Of a stretch of DNA of 64,000 nucleotides, positions 61,237 to 64,000 are shown piece by piece. Within the stretch, counting starts at the first letter, position 1. Each line of letters opens with the position of its first letter. A program made the translations under genes and the position numbers. The notes beneath the pieces are model-generated. The model was not told the DNA's origin, searched no databases, and saw only the letters and a list, made by a program, of their open reading frames with translations. The stretch comes from an uncultured Ectothiorhodospiraceae bacterium (GTDB lineage Bacteria; Pseudomonadota; Gammaproteobacteria; S012-40): assembly GCA_945787125.1 (NCBI GenBank), contig CALZHW010000002.1, positions 22,900 to 86,899 on the forward strand, read 5' to 3'.

Positions 61237-62916
61237 ATGGGTGAAAGTTTCGCAGAGCTGTTTGAGCAAAGTCTGAAAAGTGATAGTTTACAACCGGGTG
61301 CTATCCTGACTGGCGAAGTGGTGAGTATTGATAATGGTTTCGTAACCGTACATGCTGGTTTGAAATCTGAAGGCATCATTCCAATTGAACAGTTCTATGA
61401 TGAAAAGGGTGACTTAGAAGTCAGCGTCGGTGATGAAGTTACCGTAGCCCTGGACTCGGTAGAAGACGGATATGGCGAAACACGCTTATCGCGTGAAAAA
61501 GCTAAGCGCGCCCAGTCTTGGGTGGATCTGGAAAAAGCTCATGAAGCAAATGCGACCATAACCGGTATTATCACTGATAAAGTTAAAGGTGGTTTTACGG
61601 TTGAAATTAACGAAGTCCGCGCCTTCTTACCGGGATCGTTGGTTGATTTACGCCCAGTGCGAGATACTACCTATTTAGAAGGTAAAGAATTAGAATTCAA
61701 AGTTATTAAAATTGATCGTCGCCGCAACAATGTCGTGGTTTCGCGCCGTGCTGTGGTCGAACTGGAAAATAACGTTGAACGCGACTCCTTGTTAAGCAAT
61801 CTTGAAGAAGGTCAAGTCGTTAAAGGTATTATCAAAAACCTAACTGACTATGGTGCATTCGTTGATCTAGGTGGTGTTGATGGTTTGCTTCACATTACCG
61901 ATATGGCATGGAAGCGCGTTAAACACCCGAGCGAGATAGTCAATGTTGGTGATGAAATTGAAGTCCGCGTACTAAAATTTGACAAAGAAAAGAACCGCGT
62001 TTCTCTTGGTCTCAAGCAACTTGGCGAAGATCCATGGGTTGATATCGCGAGACGTTACCCTGTTGGAACACGTTTGCAAGGTAAAGTCACTAACATTGCG
62101 GATTACGGCTGTTTTGTTGAGATCGAAGAGGGTGTTGAAGGTTTGGTGCATGTGTCTGAAATGGACTGGACCAATAAAAACATTCACCCGAGCAAAGTCG
62201 TTCAACTTGGTGACGAAGCAGAAGTCATGGTATTGGATATCGACGAAGATCGTCGTCGTATCTCGTTGGGTATCAAACAGTGTGATTCGAATCCTTGGGA
62301 AGAGTTTGCTGCATTGCATAACAAGGGCGACAAAATTGCCGGGAAAATCAAATCCATTACTGATTTTGGAATATTCATCGGTCTGGATGGCGGCATTGAT
62401 GGCTTGGTTCACTTGTCTGATATTTCCTGGAACGAAGATAACGAAGACTCCATTCGCAAGTACAAAAAAGGCGATGAAGTTGAAACCACTATTTTGGTTA
62501 TCGATCCAGAAAGAGAGCGTATTTCTCTGGGTATCAAGCAGCTAGAGCGTGACCCATTCTCCAACTTTTTGTCGGACAATCAAAAGGGTGTCATCGTTAA
62601 AGGTAAAATCATCTCTGTTGACGCCAAAAGTGCGACGGTTGATCTGGGTGAAGGTATTGAAGGTAGCATCCGCGCCTCAGAAATCTCGCGCGATCGCGTT
62701 GAAGATGCACGTAATGTGTTGAAAGAAGGTGATGAAATCGAAGCGAAATTCATTGGTGTTGATCGCAAAAATCGCATCATCAGTCTTTCGATTAAGAATA
62801 AAGATTCAGATGCCGAAGCTGAAGCAATTAACGACTATTCTCGTGGTGCACCCGGCCCTGCAACAACAACATTAGGTGATTTGCTGAAAGAGCAATTGGA
62901 AAACAAAACCTCGTAA
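61237..62916 (+). CDS. rpsA: 30S ribosomal protein S1
   Basis: 559 aa with six S1 repeats. Confidence 0.95.
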   Translation: MGESFAELFEQSLKSDSLQPGAILTGEVVSIDNGFVTVHAGLKSEGIIPIEQFYDEKGDLEVSVGDEVTVALDSVEDGYGETRLSREKAKRAQSWVDLEKAHEANATITGIITDKVKGGFTVEINEVRAFLPGSLVDLRPVRDTTYLEGKELEFKVIKIDRRRNNVVVSRRAVVELENNVERDSLLSNLEEGQVVKGIIKNLTDYGAFVDLGGVDGLLHITDMAWKRVKHPSEIVNVGDEIEVRVLKFDKEKNRVSLGLKQLGEDPWVDIARRYPVGTRLQGKVTNIADYGCFVEIEEGVEGLVHVSEMDWTNKNIHPSKVVQLGDEAEVMVLDIDEDRRRISLGIKQCDSNPWEEFAALHNKGDKIAGKIKSITDFGIFIGLDGGIDGLVHLSDISWNEDNEDSIRKYKKGDEVETTILVIDPERERISLGIKQLERDPFSNFLSDNQKGVIVKGKIISVDAKSATVDLGEGIEGSIRASEISRDRVEDARNVLKEGDEIEAKFIGVDRKNRIISLSIKNKDSDAEAEAINDYSRGAPGPATTTLGDLLKEQLENKTS

Positions 62917-62937
62917 CAAACCCCGCCTTATCTATAT

Positions 62938-62985
62938 GCGGGCACATGAAAGTACTTGTAATCATTCATGTGTCCGTATATTATT
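62938..62985 (+). terminator. Hairpin with a U-rich tail after rpsA (probable partial terminator before ihfB)
   Basis: It reads gcgggcacatgaa-agtacttgtaatca-ttcatgtgtccg followed by tatattatt. Confidence 0.45.
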
Positions 62986-63125
62986 AGTAACTTCATGATT
63001 TAACGGTTGTTTTTGTTGGCGCTGTGCATTTCTGGCACGTCATTTGATATATAAAACACTAACTAAAATATCAAACCAAGTTTATTCAATTCTGACTAAC
63101 TTTGCAAAATGATGGTGGCCGCTCT

Positions 63126-63449
63126 ATGGAGACAGGAAATACGCACGAAAAAACACTGACCAAATCCGAGTTAATGGATATATTAGCCAAAACTCAAACT
63201 CAACTAGCATACAAAGACATAGAATTAGCAGTAAAAACAATTCTTGAACAAATGACGCAATCTTTAGCGACCGGTAGTCGAATCGAAATCCGAGGTTTTG
63301 GTAGCTTTTCGCTACACTTTCGACCACCAAGAATGGGCAGAAACCCAAAAACTGGTGATGCAGTACCGTTGTCGGGTAAATACGTGCCACATTTTAAGCC
63401 AGGTAAAGAATTACGGGAGCGTGTGAATAAATCCCTGACGCAAGAGTAG
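63126..63449 (+). CDS. ihfB: Integration host factor subunit beta
   Basis: It contains ...[10 protein letters not shown]...[47 protein letters not shown], with the HU/IHF fold and the conserved beta-arm Pro. Confidence 0.9.
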   Translation: METGNTHEKTLTKSELMDILAKTQTQLAYKDIELAVKTILEQMTQSLATGSRIEIRGFGSFSLHFRPPRMGRNPKTGDAVPLSGKYVPHFKPGKELRERVNKSLTQE

Positions 63450-63564
63450 ATTTCTCTTCTCGCGTAAAAACACGTTAAAAACGGCTCCTAATACTTGGCC
63501 TTTGCGGGTCACTAGTGTAGATTATGGGGTTTGGATACTATGACAATAAGAGCTGGGAGGACGT

Positions 63565-63849
63565 ATGTTTAAAATATTAGGGTTATTGTTTTTATTGGCG
63601 TTGCTGATTGTGACGGTCGTTTTTACTACGCTTAACGTGCATGCAGTACAATTAAATTATTACTTCGGCAGCCAAGATGTTCCGCTAGCTATGGTAATGG
63701 GCGGAACGCTAATTGTTGGTATATTATTTGGTGGCTTAGCAATGATGATGCCTTTGATGAATTTGAAATTAAATACTTCCAAACTTCGCCGTAATCTTCG
63801 TTCTAATCAGAAAGAAATTTCTATTCTTAGAACACAACCACTGAAGTAG
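63565..63849 (+). CDS. lapA: Lipopolysaccharide assembly protein A (LapA/YciS)
   Basis: 94 aa with two TM helices (LGLLFLLALLIVTVVF, MVMGGTLIVGILFGGLAMMM). It is downstream of ihfB as in many gammaproteobacteria. Confidence 0.7.
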   Translation: MFKILGLLFLLALLIVTVVFTTLNVHAVQLNYYFGSQDVPLAMVMGGTLIVGILFGGLAMMMPLMNLKLNTSKLRRNLRSNQKEISILRTQPLK

Positions 63850-63888
63850 TAATAAATCGTCTATTGACGACTTGTATTAGTTGTTATT

Positions 63889-63924
63889 CCAATTGCAGCA
63901 TACCAACTGGGTATGCTGCAATTG
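63889..63924. promoter_or_regulatory. Perfect 15-bp inverted repeat (hairpin or operator) downstream of lapA
   Basis: It reads ccaattgcagcatacc-aactgg-gtatgctgcaattg. No T-run follows, so it is unlikely to be a simple intrinsic terminator. Confidence 0.35.
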
Positions 63925-64000
63925 AACAACAAAACATATCTGCCAGCGAGTTACCGCCACCGCATTGGCGAAGTGGATCGCGCTATCCGCCTGAACCCCA

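Overview
This 64 kb window comes from an AT-rich (about 42-45% GC) gammaproteobacterial chromosome. Most of it is conserved housekeeping operons: motAB, xseB-ispA-dxs, rimP-nusA-infB-rbfA-truB-rpsO-pnp, dapB-carAB-greA, rmuC/gph/ubiG/mtaD, slyD, mtnA, gyrA, and serC-serA-pheA-hisC-tyrA-aroA-cmk-rpsA-ihfB-lapA. Five accessory pockets sit between these operons.

1. A 4.6 kb insert of three unknown co-directional genes lies between xseB and rimP, riddled with repeat elements. This is the best candidate for an undescribed system.
2. Two tandem pentapeptide-repeat lipoproteins are fused to the tsaB transcription unit, next to a small Mrr-like nuclease-fold protein.
3. A surface/cell-wall cluster holds a SleB-like hydrolase, a Wzz-like protein with an odd C-terminal domain, and an 1178-aa CSLREA/beta-helix/cadherin-like giant.
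4. A secreted-protein pocket holds a CHRD protein, a frameshifted Cna-B/SdrD-like protein, and a frameshifted PEP-CTERM protein.
5. A pterin pair (folE2 plus a PTPS/QueD-family gene) sits behind dxs.

Two intergenic repeat families were identified by eye. The first is a roughly 190 bp near-perfect palindromic MITE-like element, present in at least six copies. The second is a composite minisatellite-like element, present in three copies. No rRNA, tRNA, CRISPR array, transposase or prophage was seen.
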